Shown here piece after piece: positions 1 through 9,175 of a stretch of DNA of 64,000 nucleotides. The notes below the pieces were generated by a model that saw only the letters and a program-made list of their open reading frames with translations, had not been told where the DNA came from and did no database searches. The position numbers and the translations under genes were made by a program. Source of the stretch: an uncultured Acidobacteriota bacterium (GTDB lineage: Bacteria; Acidobacteriota; Polarisedimenticolia; J045). The stretch's first letter is position 1, and the number at the start of each line of letters is the position of its first letter. The stretch is from positions 516,477 to 580,476 of the forward strand of contig CAWDCL010000005.1 of the NCBI GenBank assembly GCA_963800865.1, written 5' to 3'.

Positions 1-832
1 CGGCAGCTACGACGCCGCGAACGGCGACTGGTACATCGCCGACGTCGGGCAGAACTGCTGGGAGGAGGTCAACTGGGTCCCCGCCGCGACGGCAGGCGGG
101 CGCAACTACGGCTGGCGGCAGATGGAGGCGACGAAGTGCTACAACCCCTCCAACCCGAGCTGCACGCCTCCGGTCGACGGCACCTCCTGCTCGCCGAAGT
201 GCAACGACGCATCGATGACGAAGCCCGTCCTGGAATACGGCCACAGCGCCGGCGCCTGCTCGATCACCGGTGGCTTCGTCTACCGCGGCTGCCGGATGCC
301 GAGCCTGCGCGGGACCTACTTCTACGGGGACTACTGCGCGGGGTTCATCCGCTCGTTCCGGATCAGCGGTGGGGCGGTCACCGACCAGCAGGACCGCACC
401 GCGCAGCTCGATCCGCAGGGGCTGCTCTCGGGCAGCCTGTCGAGCTTCGGCCAGGACGCGCAGAAAGAGATCTACATCGTGGACCAGAGCGACTCGGTCC
501 GGGTCATCGTGCCCCCCTTCACGGCGATGGAGGTTTCCGGCAAGGGTGCGGCCGACATGTTCCTGCTCAAGAAGACGGAGTGGACCTGGGAGAATCTGCT
601 CTCCAGCGCGCAGGTGCCCGTGACCGAGTACCGGGTCTACCGCAACGGCCAGGCCACGGGCCAGTACACCTGCATCTTCAAGAGCGCCACGCCCCGCTGG
701 ACCTCGGGAGATGCGACCAAGCCCTCCGCCGGGGCCGCCCTGTTCTACCTCGTGATCGGGCGCAACGGGGCGGGCGAACTGACCGCGACGGGCGGCCCGC
801 AGCGCCAGTTGTCGCCGGCGACCTGCCCGTAA
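1..832 (+). CDS. PQQ-dependent sugar (glucose/sorbosone) dehydrogenase, 3' part; the 5' end lies upstream of the window
   Basis: The reading frame is open from base 2 (GSYDAANGDWYIADVGQNCWEEVNWVPAATAGGRNYGW..). The motifs ITGGFVYRG and GTYFYGDYC are typical of soluble quinoprotein dehydrogenase beta-propellers. A long C-terminal extension runs to the stop at 832. Confidence 0.55.
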   Translation, partial: GSYDAANGDWYIADVGQNCWEEVNWVPAATAGGRNYGWRQMEATKCYNPSNPSCTPPVDGTSCSPKCNDASMTKPVLEYGHSAGACSITGGFVYRGCRMPSLRGTYFYGDYCAGFIRSFRISGGAVTDQQDRTAQLDPQGLLSGSLSSFGQDAQKEIYIVDQSDSVRVIVPPFTAMEVSGKGAADMFLLKKTEWTWENLLSSAQVPVTEYRVYRNGQATGQYTCIFKSATPRWTSGDATKPSAGAALFYLVIGRNGAGELTATGGPQRQLSPATCP

Positions 833-920
833 CCCGGATCATCCACGAAGGACCGGCGGCACCCGGCTGCCGGGGAGTCTATATTCCGCCCTCGGGGCCC
901 CGACGCCCCGCGGAGCGCCC

Positions 921-1334
921 GTGAAGCCCGTCAACGCGGACCTGCTGAGGCCCTGGTCGCGGTTCCTGAAGATCACGGTCGTCGGCCGCACCGTGGAGGT
1001 GCCGGACAGCAACACGCTCCTGCGCGGCCTGCAGTCGGTCGCACCCGACGGGATCTCGCGCGGCCGTTTCTGCTGGAACAACGAGTGCGGCAACTGCCGC
1101 GTCTACTACCGCCTTCCCGGGGACACCGCGGACCGCAAGGGCCGCGGCTGCTGCCTCGTGGTGAAGGACGAGATGGCGCTGACGACGCTCTCGACGGAGC
1201 TGAAGTTCGCCCTGCGCGAGGTCCTGAAGCGCGAGCCGGACGCGCCGCTCCCGGAGGCGCCGGCCCTCGAGGTGGCAGCGGACGACGAGCCGATCCCGGT
1301 CCCCACCTTCCGGACCCGGGGCGACCCGACCTAG
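921..1334 (+). CDS. hypothetical Cys-rich protein, possibly a 2Fe-2S ferredoxin-like domain
   Basis: GTG start, 137 aa. The motif ITVVGRTVEVPDSNTLLRGLQ...RGRFCWNNECGNCRVYY resembles the 2Fe-2S domain of HcnA, opine-oxidase and sarcosine-oxidase small subunits. Confidence 0.4.
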   Translation: MKPVNADLLRPWSRFLKITVVGRTVEVPDSNTLLRGLQSVAPDGISRGRFCWNNECGNCRVYYRLPGDTADRKGRGCCLVVKDEMALTTLSTELKFALREVLKREPDAPLPEAPALEVAADDEPIPVPTFRTRGDPT

Positions 1335-1355
1335 TCCGGAGTCCTCCCCCTCCGC

Positions 1356-1832
1356 CTAACCGCTGTAGGACCAGCTGGTGTCGCGCAGTGCCAGCGGAGC
1401 CGCTGCCTCGCCGGGTGCGCCCGCACCGGTGACGGCCGCCACCGCGATCGCGTGATCGCCGCGATCGACCCACTCCCTGACCTCGAAGTGGAAGTACCAC
1501 GGCAGGGCGGTCAGGACCGGCTGCCCGTCCTCGAGCCGGTAGGGCTGGCCGTTGATCGTGCCGGCGTCGTGCTTCGTCGGGCCGAAGAAGGACTTGGCGA
1601 TCGCGGCCTGTTCGTCGCCCAGGATGTGAACGACGCCGCGGCCGCTCCGGCGCAGGAGCGCGCTGAGCGCGCCGTCCTTGCGCAGCGCCATCATCACCAG
1701 CGGCGGCTCGAACGAGCACTGCGAAAGCCATGACACCCCGGCCGCCGCCACGCTGTCGCCGTGTGCGGTCGTCGTGACGTAGAGCCCGTAGGTGATGTTG
1801 CGGAGCACGTCCTTCCTCTGCCTGGGGTCCAT
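1356..1832 (-). CDS. flavin reductase-like (FMN-binding) domain protein
   Basis: Internal ATG of ORF 1356..2243 (MDPRQRKDVLRNITYGLYVTTTAHGDSVAAAGVSWLSQCSFEPPLVMMAL...). This is the flavin reductase family fold. The upstream part of the ORF is Arg/Gly-rich junk. Confidence 0.7.
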   Translation of the reverse strand: MDPRQRKDVLRNITYGLYVTTTAHGDSVAAAGVSWLSQCSFEPPLVMMALRKDGALSALLRRSGRGVVHILGDEQAAIAKSFFGPTKHDAGTINGQPYRLEDGQPVLTALPWYFHFEVREWVDRGDHAIAVAAVTGAGAPGEAAAPLALRDTSWSYSG

Positions 1833-1849
1833 GCCCCCTCCCCTTCCGT

Positions 1850-2239
1850 TCAGTTCAGCGTGTGCGGCATCTCGAGCGCAAACGGTGCGATCTCCGCCTT
1901 GAAGCGGCGGCCGTCGTCGCGCCACATCTCGTAGGTCCCCCGCATCGAGCCCCGCGGGGTCGGCAGCGGAAAACCGCTGGTGTACTCGAACGACTCTCCC
2001 GGCTCGAGTCGGGGCTGCTCGCCGACCACGCCGGGCCCGTGCACCTGCTCGACCTCGCCGTCGGCGTCGGTGATGATCCAGTGCCGATTGACGAGACGGG
2101 CCGCCTCGCGCCCATCGTTGCTCACCTTCACCTTGTACGCGAAGAAGTAAAGGTCCTCCGGCGGAGCGGAGCGTTCCGGTACATACCGGCTCGTGACCTC
2201 GACCTTGATCCCGTCGGTGGTGGCGATGGAACGGCCCAT
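1850..2239 (-). CDS. apaG: ApaG domain protein (DUF525)
   Basis: MGRSIATTDGIKVEVTSRYVPERSAPPEDLYFFAYKVKVSNDGREAARLVNRHWIITDADGEVEQVHGPGVVGEQPRLEPGESFEYTSG is a classic ApaG sequence. The start is taken at the internal ATG of ORF 1850..2482. Confidence 0.75.
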   Translation of the reverse strand: MGRSIATTDGIKVEVTSRYVPERSAPPEDLYFFAYKVKVSNDGREAARLVNRHWIITDADGEVEQVHGPGVVGEQPRLEPGESFEYTSGFPLPTPRGSMRGTYEMWRDDGRRFKAEIAPFALEMPHTLN

Positions 2240-2307
2240 GCAAACCCCGCGTCCGCGACCCCGGCCCTGGCGGCGGGCGTCCTGCGGCGCGCCGGGTATG
2301 CTACAGG

Positions 2308-3939
2308 GTGGTATGCGCGGGGCCAACCGCCGCCGCCCCGCCGCAGGACGCCAGGACCGTGAGAACGACGCCGCCCCGCCGCGCTCGACCCGCTCGCCCG
2401 CGCCACCACGCGCCGGAGCGGCGCTCCGCGTGGGTCGTGATCGCCGCCGGCTGCGCCGTGCTCTCGGGCTGCGCCTCGTCACCGGTCGCGCCGCCGGCGG
2501 TGGCGCCGAGTGCTCCGCCGTCCGCCGCGTCCCAGGACGGGCGGAGCGCCTCCCCGATCATCACCGAGGTCTCCTACGTCACGAACCTCTTCCACTGGGT
2601 CGACAACCTGGCCGAGACCGCCAACGGCCTGACCCAGCCGGCCTACTACCGGGCGTGGTTCGCCCGCTTCGGCCCGCTCGACGCGAAGGACCGCGAACTG
2701 CTCGCAGCCTTCCGCAAGGTCCGCCTGCGCGAGTACAAGCCGCGTCCGGCAACGGACGAGGCCGCGGGGAAGGGCTGCCTCCCCGCCGAGCTCGACACGC
2801 TCTCGCGGCGGCAGATGCTCAACGTGGCGGCGATGCAGGCGCGGAGCATCCCGGACCTCGTGCAGCGCACGCACGAGTTCCTGCTCCCCGAGGAGGCCGA
2901 CGCCGTCGGTGCGACGCTCACTCACTTCGCCGACCGGTTCGAGTTCCTCTGGGCCGAATTCGACTGGCTGCAGGCCTTCCAGCAGCAGTTCGACGCGTTC
3001 CTCGCCGAGCCGGTGACGCAGCAGTGGGTCGCGGCGATGGCCCGGTTCGCGGGTGCGGGGGCGCTTTCGAACGCACCGACGCTCTTCAGCTTCGTCGCCG
3101 TCCCCAGCCAGGAGTACGGAACGCACGCCGAGGCGAGCGCGCGGGCGCTGCTGCTCGAGGTGCGTCCCGACGATACGATCGCCGAACAGGTGCCGGTGAT
3201 CTTCCACGAGCTGGTGCACGACTTCCTGCGCCGGGCCCCCCAGTCCGAGCGGGCCGAGCTCGCCGGCCAGTACGTGAGCCAGGGGTATCGCGGCGCGACG
3301 GCCTACAGCCTGCTGCGCGAGGCGCTCCCCACCGCGCTCGGCCAGGGTCTGGCCCAGCTGCGACTGGCGCCGGAGTCGTACCGGCCCGAGCATCCCTGGT
3401 ACCACCTCGAGTCGGTCGACCGCTACGCGCACGCGCTGCTGCCGCCGGTCTCGCGGGCGTTCGACTCCGGAGAGCTGTTCTCCGAGATCCCGCCGAGGCA
3501 GCTGATCGCCGCGTTGGACGACACGACGCTCGCGGAAACGCCGGCCCTGCTCTTCCTGAGCGAGGCCGGTTTCTCCGCGACGAGCGGGCTGCTCCCGCTG
3601 CTCGACCCCCTGCTGGCCGACGTCGGCGGGCGCAGGCAGTGGCGCGTGGCGGCCGACACGGCGGAAGGGCGCAGCTTCCTGGTGCGGTACGACTGCCTTC
3701 CGCTCGCGGTCCTGTCGATCGCCGGTGAGCCGCCGCTGCCCGGCCTCGAGGACGCGACGGCCTCTCCGCCCCCGCTCACCACGGAGGCCGTCGGCGCGCT
3801 GGTGCCGCTGCGGCGCGAGAGCGGGGCACCGGTCCTCTGGATCTACGCCCGCACCAGGGAAGACGTGCCGCGACTGGTGCGGGCGGCGCGCGACATGGTG
3901 CGCTGGCCCGAGCGGATCGTGCTGGTCAAGCCAGCGTGA
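2308..3939 (+). CDS. hypothetical lipoprotein
   Basis: ORF of 543 aa with a lipobox AVLSGC|ASS after a hydrophobic segment. I recognise no domain. The true start may be downstream of 2308. Confidence 0.5.
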   Translation: MVCAGPTAAAPPQDARTVRTTPPRRARPARPRHHAPERRSAWVVIAAGCAVLSGCASSPVAPPAVAPSAPPSAASQDGRSASPIITEVSYVTNLFHWVDNLAETANGLTQPAYYRAWFARFGPLDAKDRELLAAFRKVRLREYKPRPATDEAAGKGCLPAELDTLSRRQMLNVAAMQARSIPDLVQRTHEFLLPEEADAVGATLTHFADRFEFLWAEFDWLQAFQQQFDAFLAEPVTQQWVAAMARFAGAGALSNAPTLFSFVAVPSQEYGTHAEASARALLLEVRPDDTIAEQVPVIFHELVHDFLRRAPQSERAELAGQYVSQGYRGATAYSLLREALPTALGQGLAQLRLAPESYRPEHPWYHLESVDRYAHALLPPVSRAFDSGELFSEIPPRQLIAALDDTTLAETPALLFLSEAGFSATSGLLPLLDPLLADVGGRRQWRVAADTAEGRSFLVRYDCLPLAVLSIAGEPPLPGLEDATASPPPLTTEAVGALVPLRRESGAPVLWIYARTREDVPRLVRAARDMVRWPERIVLVKPA

Positions 3940-4843
3940 CCGCCTCGCCGCCGGCGTGCCCGAGCGCCAGCGCCGCGCCGGATGCGGCCTCGACGACCGG
4001 GACCACCGCCAGCAGCTCGATCGTCCCGTCGGGCGCCGCGGCCGCACGGACGACCTTGCCGCCGTCGCGCTCGCGCCCCGCGTCGATCGCTCGCAGCGGC
4101 GTCGCGGGCGCGGGGACGGCGCCTCCGCGCGCGCGGCCGCGGAACAGCCGGCGCTTGAGCTCGCCGAGGTGCTGCGTGCGCGCAACGACCTCCTGGCCGG
4201 GGTAGCAGCCCTTCGAGAACGACAGCCCCGAGAACCGCTCCAGGTCGAGGTTCTGCGGCAGGAACGCGTCCACCGTCGGCGGCTCGACCTCGGGCAGCCC
4301 CGCGCGGACCTCGAACAGGGTCCACAGCCCGTCGTCGCCGCGTGCGAACCCGTCGGCCTCGAGCGCGGAAAGCAGCCGCGCGAGCTCGGCGTGCGGCGCG
4401 TAGAGCTCGAAGCGCGGCAGCTCGCCGGGAACCCGGACGATCGTGACCGCTCCGGATCTCGCCACGGCGTCCGCGGCGGCGGGGGCCGGGCCGGCATGCC
4501 GCTCCAGGGCGTCGGCCGCGGCGGCGCCCGCCACGCCGCCCCGAGCCAGCTCGGCGCCCGCGTCCGCGACCGTCACCCGGGACCGGAAGACCACGCGGCG
4601 CAGGCGCTCGAGCGTGTCCGGGACGAGCGCCCCGGGCAGCCGCAGGACCAGCTCGCCGTCGCGCTCGAAGGCGCGGAAGACCACGGAGACCCGTCCGTTC
4701 ACCTGGCAGAACGCGCCGAGCGTCGAGCGCGAGGGCGTCACGATCCGGATGTCGGCGGTCGAAAGGCCCTGCAGGAACTTCACCGCGTCGGGACCCGCGA
4801 CAACGATCACGCCGTAGCGCGACAGGTCGAACGAGGCGTTCAT
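3926..4843 (-). CDS. ygfZ: folate-binding YgfZ-family protein (aminomethyltransferase-like)
   Basis: 305 aa. The motif FSKGCYPGQEVVARTQHLGELKRRLF and the overall GcvT-like pattern match YgfZ. It abuts nadA. Confidence 0.7.
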   Translation of the reverse strand: MNASFDLSRYGVIVVAGPDAVKFLQGLSTADIRIVTPSRSTLGAFCQVNGRVSVVFRAFERDGELVLRLPGALVPDTLERLRRVVFRSRVTVADAGAELARGGVAGAAAADALERHAGPAPAAADAVARSGAVTIVRVPGELPRFELYAPHAELARLLSALEADGFARGDDGLWTLFEVRAGLPEVEPPTVDAFLPQNLDLERFSGLSFSKGCYPGQEVVARTQHLGELKRRLFRGRARGGAVPAPATPLRAIDAGRERDGGKVVRAAAAPDGTIELLAVVPVVEAASGAALALGHAGGEAVTLA

Positions 4844-5923
4844 CTACCCGGCGTTCGCGAGCAGCGAGGCGGACATCTCGAGCATCCGGTCGAGACACCG
4901 GCGGGCGCGCACCCTGATCTCCTCCGGAACGTCGATCACGTAGCGCATGTGAAGCAGCGCATCGCGCGTCTGTTCCAGGGTGATCTCGTTCATGTGCGGG
5001 CAGCGCACGCTGCAGAGCCGGAGCATCTCCTTGCCCGGGTTGTCCGCGGCGATGTTGTCGCCCATCGCGCACTCGGTCAGCAGGAGGTAGCGCGTCGCGC
5101 CGCTCTCGCGAACGAACCGGATCGCCGCCGAGGTGCTGCCCGTGAAGTCGGCGGCCGCGGTGACCTCGGGCCGGCACTCCGGGTGGGCGATGACGACCGC
5201 GTCGGGGAACTGCTCGCGCACGCGGCGGATGTCGTCCACCGTGAACTTCTCGTGCACCTCGCAGCGTCCCTGCCAGCCCACGATCTCGTAGCTGAGGCGC
5301 GGGTTCTGCGCGGCGGAGGCGCGGGGTGCGGCGGTCGGGAAGATGATCTCGCGGCCGGTCTCGCGGGCCACGTTCCCGGCCAGGAACTCGTCCGGAACGA
5401 AGATGACCGGCCCCGGCCCGAGCGCGCGGACGATCGCCGCCGCGTTGCCGGAGGTGCAGCAGACATCGCACTCGGCCTTGACCTCGGCCGAGGTGTTGAT
5501 GTAGCAGACGGCCGGGACGCCCGGGAACTTCTCCTTGAGCGCGCGGACGTCCGCACCGGTGATGCTCTCGGCCAGCGAACAGCCGCCCTTCGGCGTCGGC
5601 AGCAGGACGGTGCGCGAGGGGTTCAGGATCTTCGCCGTCTCGGCCATGAAGCGGACGCCGCAGAAGACGATCACGTCGGCGGTCGACTCCGCCGCGCGGC
5701 GCGCCAGCTCCAGCGAGTCGCCCTTGAAATCCGGCACCGTGTGGTAGAGCGCCGGCTCCATGTAGTTGTGCCCCAGGATGACCGCGTTGCGTTCGCGCTT
5801 GAGCTGCTGGATCTCGACGACGAGCGGGGCCTTGAGCCGCAGCTCCACGTCGGGCACGACGTCCTTCAGCTTGGCCCGCATCGTCTCGTAGACGGCGTTC
5901 ACGGTCGACGGGTCGAGGATCAT
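4844..5923 (-). CDS. nadA: quinolinate synthase A
   Basis: MILDPSTVNAVYETMRAKLKD...AVILGHNYMEPALYH...FCGVRFMAETAKIL...CYINTSAEVKAECDVCCTSGNA...IAHPECRPEV..LLTECAMG is full-length NadA. The start is the internal ATG of ORF 4844..6007. Confidence 0.85.
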   Translation of the reverse strand: MILDPSTVNAVYETMRAKLKDVVPDVELRLKAPLVVEIQQLKRERNAVILGHNYMEPALYHTVPDFKGDSLELARRAAESTADVIVFCGVRFMAETAKILNPSRTVLLPTPKGGCSLAESITGADVRALKEKFPGVPAVCYINTSAEVKAECDVCCTSGNAAAIVRALGPGPVIFVPDEFLAGNVARETGREIIFPTAAPRASAAQNPRLSYEIVGWQGRCEVHEKFTVDDIRRVREQFPDAVVIAHPECRPEVTAAADFTGSTSAAIRFVRESGATRYLLLTECAMGDNIAADNPGKEMLRLCSVRCPHMNEITLEQTRDALLHMRYVIDVPEEIRVRARRCLDRMLEMSASLLANAG

Positions 5924-6038
5924 CGGAAGCCCTTCCCGCGCCGCCGGGTGGCGCGCCCGGGCGGCGCCCGGAGCGCGTACTACAGCCCGCGGGGGGGGCC
6001 TTGTCAAACCGAGGGCCGGCCGCTGGCGGAGCTGCTAC

Positions 6039-6881
6039 TCAGTCGGTCTCGAGCGCGTTCCCTGCGGCCACCGGGCTGATCGCCCCGCCGCCCCCGGCGG
6101 GAGGCGCCGCCGCGATCTGCTGGTTCGCGAACGGCCCGGTCGCGCGGCCCAGGTCGGCCTTGAAGCGCGGATCGACCGTCAACCCGAGGCTCTCCGCTCG
6201 CAGCACGCTGCCCCGCGCCTGCTCGAACCGGCCCTGCCGGTAGTAGGCCAGCGCGAGGTTGTTGTGGACGGGCGCAAAGCGCGAGTCACGCTCCGCCGCC
6301 GTCTCCCACTGCGCGATCGCTTCCGGCACCCGGTCCAGGTGAAAGAGCGCGTTGCCGAGGTAGAAGTGCAGCGGGGCCGGCGTCTCGATCGCATCGCCCC
6401 CCCCGGGATGCGTGAGCTGCGAGGCGTTGTCGATCGCCTGGTTGATCCGCAGCTCCTTGAACCGCCGCTGGTTGTCGGTGAGTTTCAGGTTCCCCGACCT
6501 GAGCTGGGTCAGCATGTCGCGCAACGCCAGGACGTCGTTGCGCCGCGCGAGGTAGCGGTCCTGTTCGAAGCGCTTCAGCTCCCGCGAGAGCTGAACGTAG
6601 GCTTCCCGTGCCGTCGCGTACTCGGAGAGGGCGTCGTCGTAGCGGCGCTCCTTCATCGCAACGTGCCCCAGCCCGACGTGCGCCTCGGCCAGCTGCGGGT
6701 GCGCGGCCAGCGCTTTCGCGAACGCCGTCCGCGCGGCGTCGAGATCGCCGCGCGCGAGCGCCTCGCTTCCGCGGTCGGCGTGCCGCTGCGCGACGGCGAT
6801 CTGCCGCGGTCCGGCGGCGGCGAGCGCGGGAAGGGCGATCGACACGAGGGCGAGCCCGACGAGGGAGAGGGACCGGCGCAT
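6039..6881 (-). CDS. secreted TPR-repeat protein
   Basis: Signal peptide MRRSLSLVGLALVSIALPALAAAG followed by repeated TPR-like helices (AEAHVGLGHVAMKERRYDDALSEY ... NNLALAYYRQGRFEQA). Confidence 0.6.
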   Translation of the reverse strand: MRRSLSLVGLALVSIALPALAAAGPRQIAVAQRHADRGSEALARGDLDAARTAFAKALAAHPQLAEAHVGLGHVAMKERRYDDALSEYATAREAYVQLSRELKRFEQDRYLARRNDVLALRDMLTQLRSGNLKLTDNQRRFKELRINQAIDNASQLTHPGGGDAIETPAPLHFYLGNALFHLDRVPEAIAQWETAAERDSRFAPVHNNLALAYYRQGRFEQARGSVLRAESLGLTVDPRFKADLGRATGPFANQQIAAAPPAGGGGAISPVAAGNALETD

Positions 6882-7093
6882 GGCTGAATCCTCCCGAATT
6901 CCGCGTTGAGTGTACGCCGATCGGCGCGGCCGGATCCCCGGTTTCGTGACGGCGTCAGCGGGAGGCACGGACCTTCCCGGGCCGGGGGCCGCGGCGGATT
7001 GACCGGGAGAGCGCAGGGGTCAGCTGCGGGCGGCACGGACGGTCGACCCGCCGCATACTGCGCCGTTCGAAACCGTTCCTCCGGGAGCCGACC

Positions 7094-7441
7094 ATGCGCG
7101 ATTCGCACCGCCCCCTCGGCGAAATCCCCTTCGAGATCGGCGCCGCCGAGCTGAACGCGCGCCTCGAGCGCGGCGAGTCGATCCTGTTGCTCGACGTCCG
7201 CCAGCCCTGGGAACACGCCCACGCCCGGATCCCCGGCTCGACCCTGCTTCCGCTGCCGGAGCTGGCGGACCGCTACGAGGAACTCGACCCGGCGCGCGAG
7301 ATCGTCGCCTACTGCAAGGTCGGCGAGCGCAGCGCCTGGGCCGTGGACTTCCTGCGCCGCGCCGGGTTCGCCCGCGTCCGCAACCTGCGCGGCGGGATCT
7401 ACGGCTGGGCCGAGGAGGTCGACCCGCAGGTGATCCCCTGA
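7094..7441 (+). CDS. rhodanese-domain sulfurtransferase
   Basis: 115 aa with LLLDVRQPWEHAHARIPGS...IVAYCKVGERSAWAVDFLRRAGFARVRNLRGGIYGW, a single rhodanese domain carrying the active-site Cys. Confidence 0.75.
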   Translation: MRDSHRPLGEIPFEIGAAELNARLERGESILLLDVRQPWEHAHARIPGSTLLPLPELADRYEELDPAREIVAYCKVGERSAWAVDFLRRAGFARVRNLRGGIYGWAEEVDPQVIP

Positions 7442-7471
7442 GCCCCCCGGCCGGACCGGAGCGGCATCCGA

Positions 7472-7684
7472 TCAGGGGTGCGTCCGGTCCCTGATCTGCC
7501 AGAGCAGCCCGACCGCCGCGAACAGCAGCGCCAGCACGGCCCACTCGTAGAGCAGCTCCGTCGACGGCAGCAGGGTGATCCGCATGTTGCGCATGTTCGC
7601 GACCCGCTGCGCGACGGCACCGATCGCGGCCAGCGCGCCGATCGCGGTGAAGACGCCGGGCAGGCTTCCGAAGCGGCGGTTCAT
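7472..7684 (-). CDS. small hypothetical membrane protein
   Basis: 70-aa ORF (MNRRFGSLPGVFTAIGALAAIGAVAQ...LALLFAAVGLLWQI) with two hydrophobic segments. It overlaps the next gene by ATGA. Confidence 0.3.
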   Translation of the reverse strand: MNRRFGSLPGVFTAIGALAAIGAVAQRVANMRNMRITLLPSTELLYEWAVLALLFAAVGLLWQIRDRTHP

Positions 7685-8007
7685 CGCGGGTTCTCCGGCC
7701 GCGCCGGCTCGTCGCCGCGCGGGATCGTCAGGACCTTCGGCTCGAGCGCCCGGTCGCTGAAGGAGACGAACACGATCCGGATCGTGCCCGCATCGTCCTC
7801 GAAGTAGAGCTGGCTCCAGCCGGGGTAGGACTCGGAGGTCGAGGCGCCGAAGACGCGCCCGAATTCCTTCGGGATCCGGTTTTCGGCTGCCAGGACTTCG
7901 CGCCCGAGCGGCGTGACGACGTGCCCCGGCGGACGGATCCGCTCGCACGACGCGAGCAGAGGCACCGTGCCGAGCAGCACGGCGATTCCCAGGACGGCTC
8001 GTTTCAT
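7681..8007 (-). CDS. hypothetical lipoprotein
   Basis: MKRAVLGIAVLLGTVPLLASC: signal peptide with lipobox. No recognised domain. Confidence 0.45.
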   Translation of the reverse strand: MKRAVLGIAVLLGTVPLLASCERIRPPGHVVTPLGREVLAAENRIPKEFGRVFGASTSESYPGWSQLYFEDDAGTIRIVFVSFSDRALEPKVLTIPRGDEPARPENPR

Positions 8008-8038
8008 CGGGTACCCCCTTCCGGGGGCGAGGATACCG

Positions 8039-9040
8039 CTAGTGGGCCGACTGGTGCGCGACCCCGGCCGGGTCGAGGTCCGGGACCGACCAGTTCGTGT
8101 GGGGCGGGCGGTTCAGGACGAACCAGTTCCAGACCAGGGCCCGGTAGGTCACCGGCTGGAGGCCGATCTCGCGGTAGAACGGGCGCAGCATCAGGTGCAG
8201 CCGGCGCAGGCGGTAGAACGGCACCCGCGGGAAGTAGTGGTGCTCGAGGTGATAGGCCGACCAGAGGTAAGCCACGTCCCAGAAGCGCGACGGCTTGATC
8301 AGGGTCGACCACTTCGCGGGGTCGGCGGGATCGATGTTGTAGTGCTGGCCGAGGCGGTTGAGCGTGAACGCCACCGGGAAGACGACGAAGTACGGCACCA
8401 TGTAGACCTTGAACGCGATCCACCAGCCGGCGAAGACGCCGATCGCGAGCAGGATTCCCAGCTGGCCGAGGATCGTGACGGTGCGCTCGATCCGGATCGT
8501 CTTCTGCAGCTCCGGCGGATAGGTCGCCGTCTCGCGCGCCGCGGCGCGGAAGTAGATGAAGAACAGCGCCGGCGTCATGTAGAGCGCCTTGTACCAGCGC
8601 GCGTTGCGCTTCGGCGAGAGGTGGTGGCGCTTCGGGTCGGCCTCGCCGTCGCCGAGCTGGGCGTGGTGATCCAGGTGCCACTTCGTGAACTGCGTGCGCG
8701 AGATGCCCGAGGGAAACGCGTAGGCCAGCCCCAGCAGCGAATTCGCGCGCGTCTGCTTCTTCGTGAAGACGGCGTCGTGCACGACCTCGTGCAGCATCAC
8801 CGTGAAGTTGAAGAAGGTGAAGCCCAGCACGATCGAGAACGGCAGCCACTGCCACCACGTGTCGAACAGCGCGGCCCCGGTCATGCAGACCGCGATCAGC
8901 AGGAGCTGCCAGCCGAAGACCGCCATGTGCGCCACCGGGCTGGTCCGGTGCAGCTCGCGCAGCGCGTCCTGCGGGATCGCCTTCGCCAGGGCGCGGCGCA
9001 GGTCGACGGAGGCGGCGGCGTAGTGGGACGGCTGGCTCAC
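8039..9040 (-). CDS. membrane fatty-acid desaturase
   Basis: 333 aa with the three histidine boxes HEVVHD, HLDHH and HLEHH and multiple TM segments. Confidence 0.8.
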   Translation of the reverse strand: MSQPSHYAAASVDLRRALAKAIPQDALRELHRTSPVAHMAVFGWQLLLIAVCMTGAALFDTWWQWLPFSIVLGFTFFNFTVMLHEVVHDAVFTKKQTRANSLLGLAYAFPSGISRTQFTKWHLDHHAQLGDGEADPKRHHLSPKRNARWYKALYMTPALFFIYFRAAARETATYPPELQKTIRIERTVTILGQLGILLAIGVFAGWWIAFKVYMVPYFVVFPVAFTLNRLGQHYNIDPADPAKWSTLIKPSRFWDVAYLWSAYHLEHHYFPRVPFYRLRRLHLMLRPFYREIGLQPVTYRALVWNWFVLNRPPHTNWSVPDLDPAGVAHQSAH

Positions 9041-9175
9041 GCGGGCAGGTCCTCTCTCGGCTGGTGAACGTACCGCGGACGGCGCCGCGGTCCAGTCCGA
9101 CTCGACCGGGCAGGCGTCCTTCCGCGGATTGTAGCGGGCGCCGGCGATTCGGCCAGCGGCGGCCGGCGCCGCAAC

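Noticed and set aside
2479-4497. Long antisense or alternative-frame ORFs (for example 2479-4497, 2193-3728, 3725-6079, 3843-5471, 8004-11849, 9194-12196, 11941-14157, 12237-14126, 13760 N-terminal part, 16127-17437, 16501 N-terminal part, 17434-18873, 18519-19718, 19946-21796, 28335-29867, 30671-32605, 30676-33393, 38427-40310, 44729-46153, 49766-51145, 51121-52905, 55193-57805, 55380-57995, 57481-60561)
   Set aside because: These are typical high-GC artefacts. The translations are dominated by Arg, Pro, Gly and Ala, carry no recognisable motifs, and overlap strongly supported genes on the other strand or frame.
7453-7496. Nested inverted repeats (GGACCGGA..TCCGGTCC and GATCAGGG..CCCTGATC)
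   Set aside because: They lie inside the 3' coding end of the small minus-strand ORF and just after the rhodanese stop. They may act as a bidirectional terminator, but the two alternative stems overlap and the evidence is weak.
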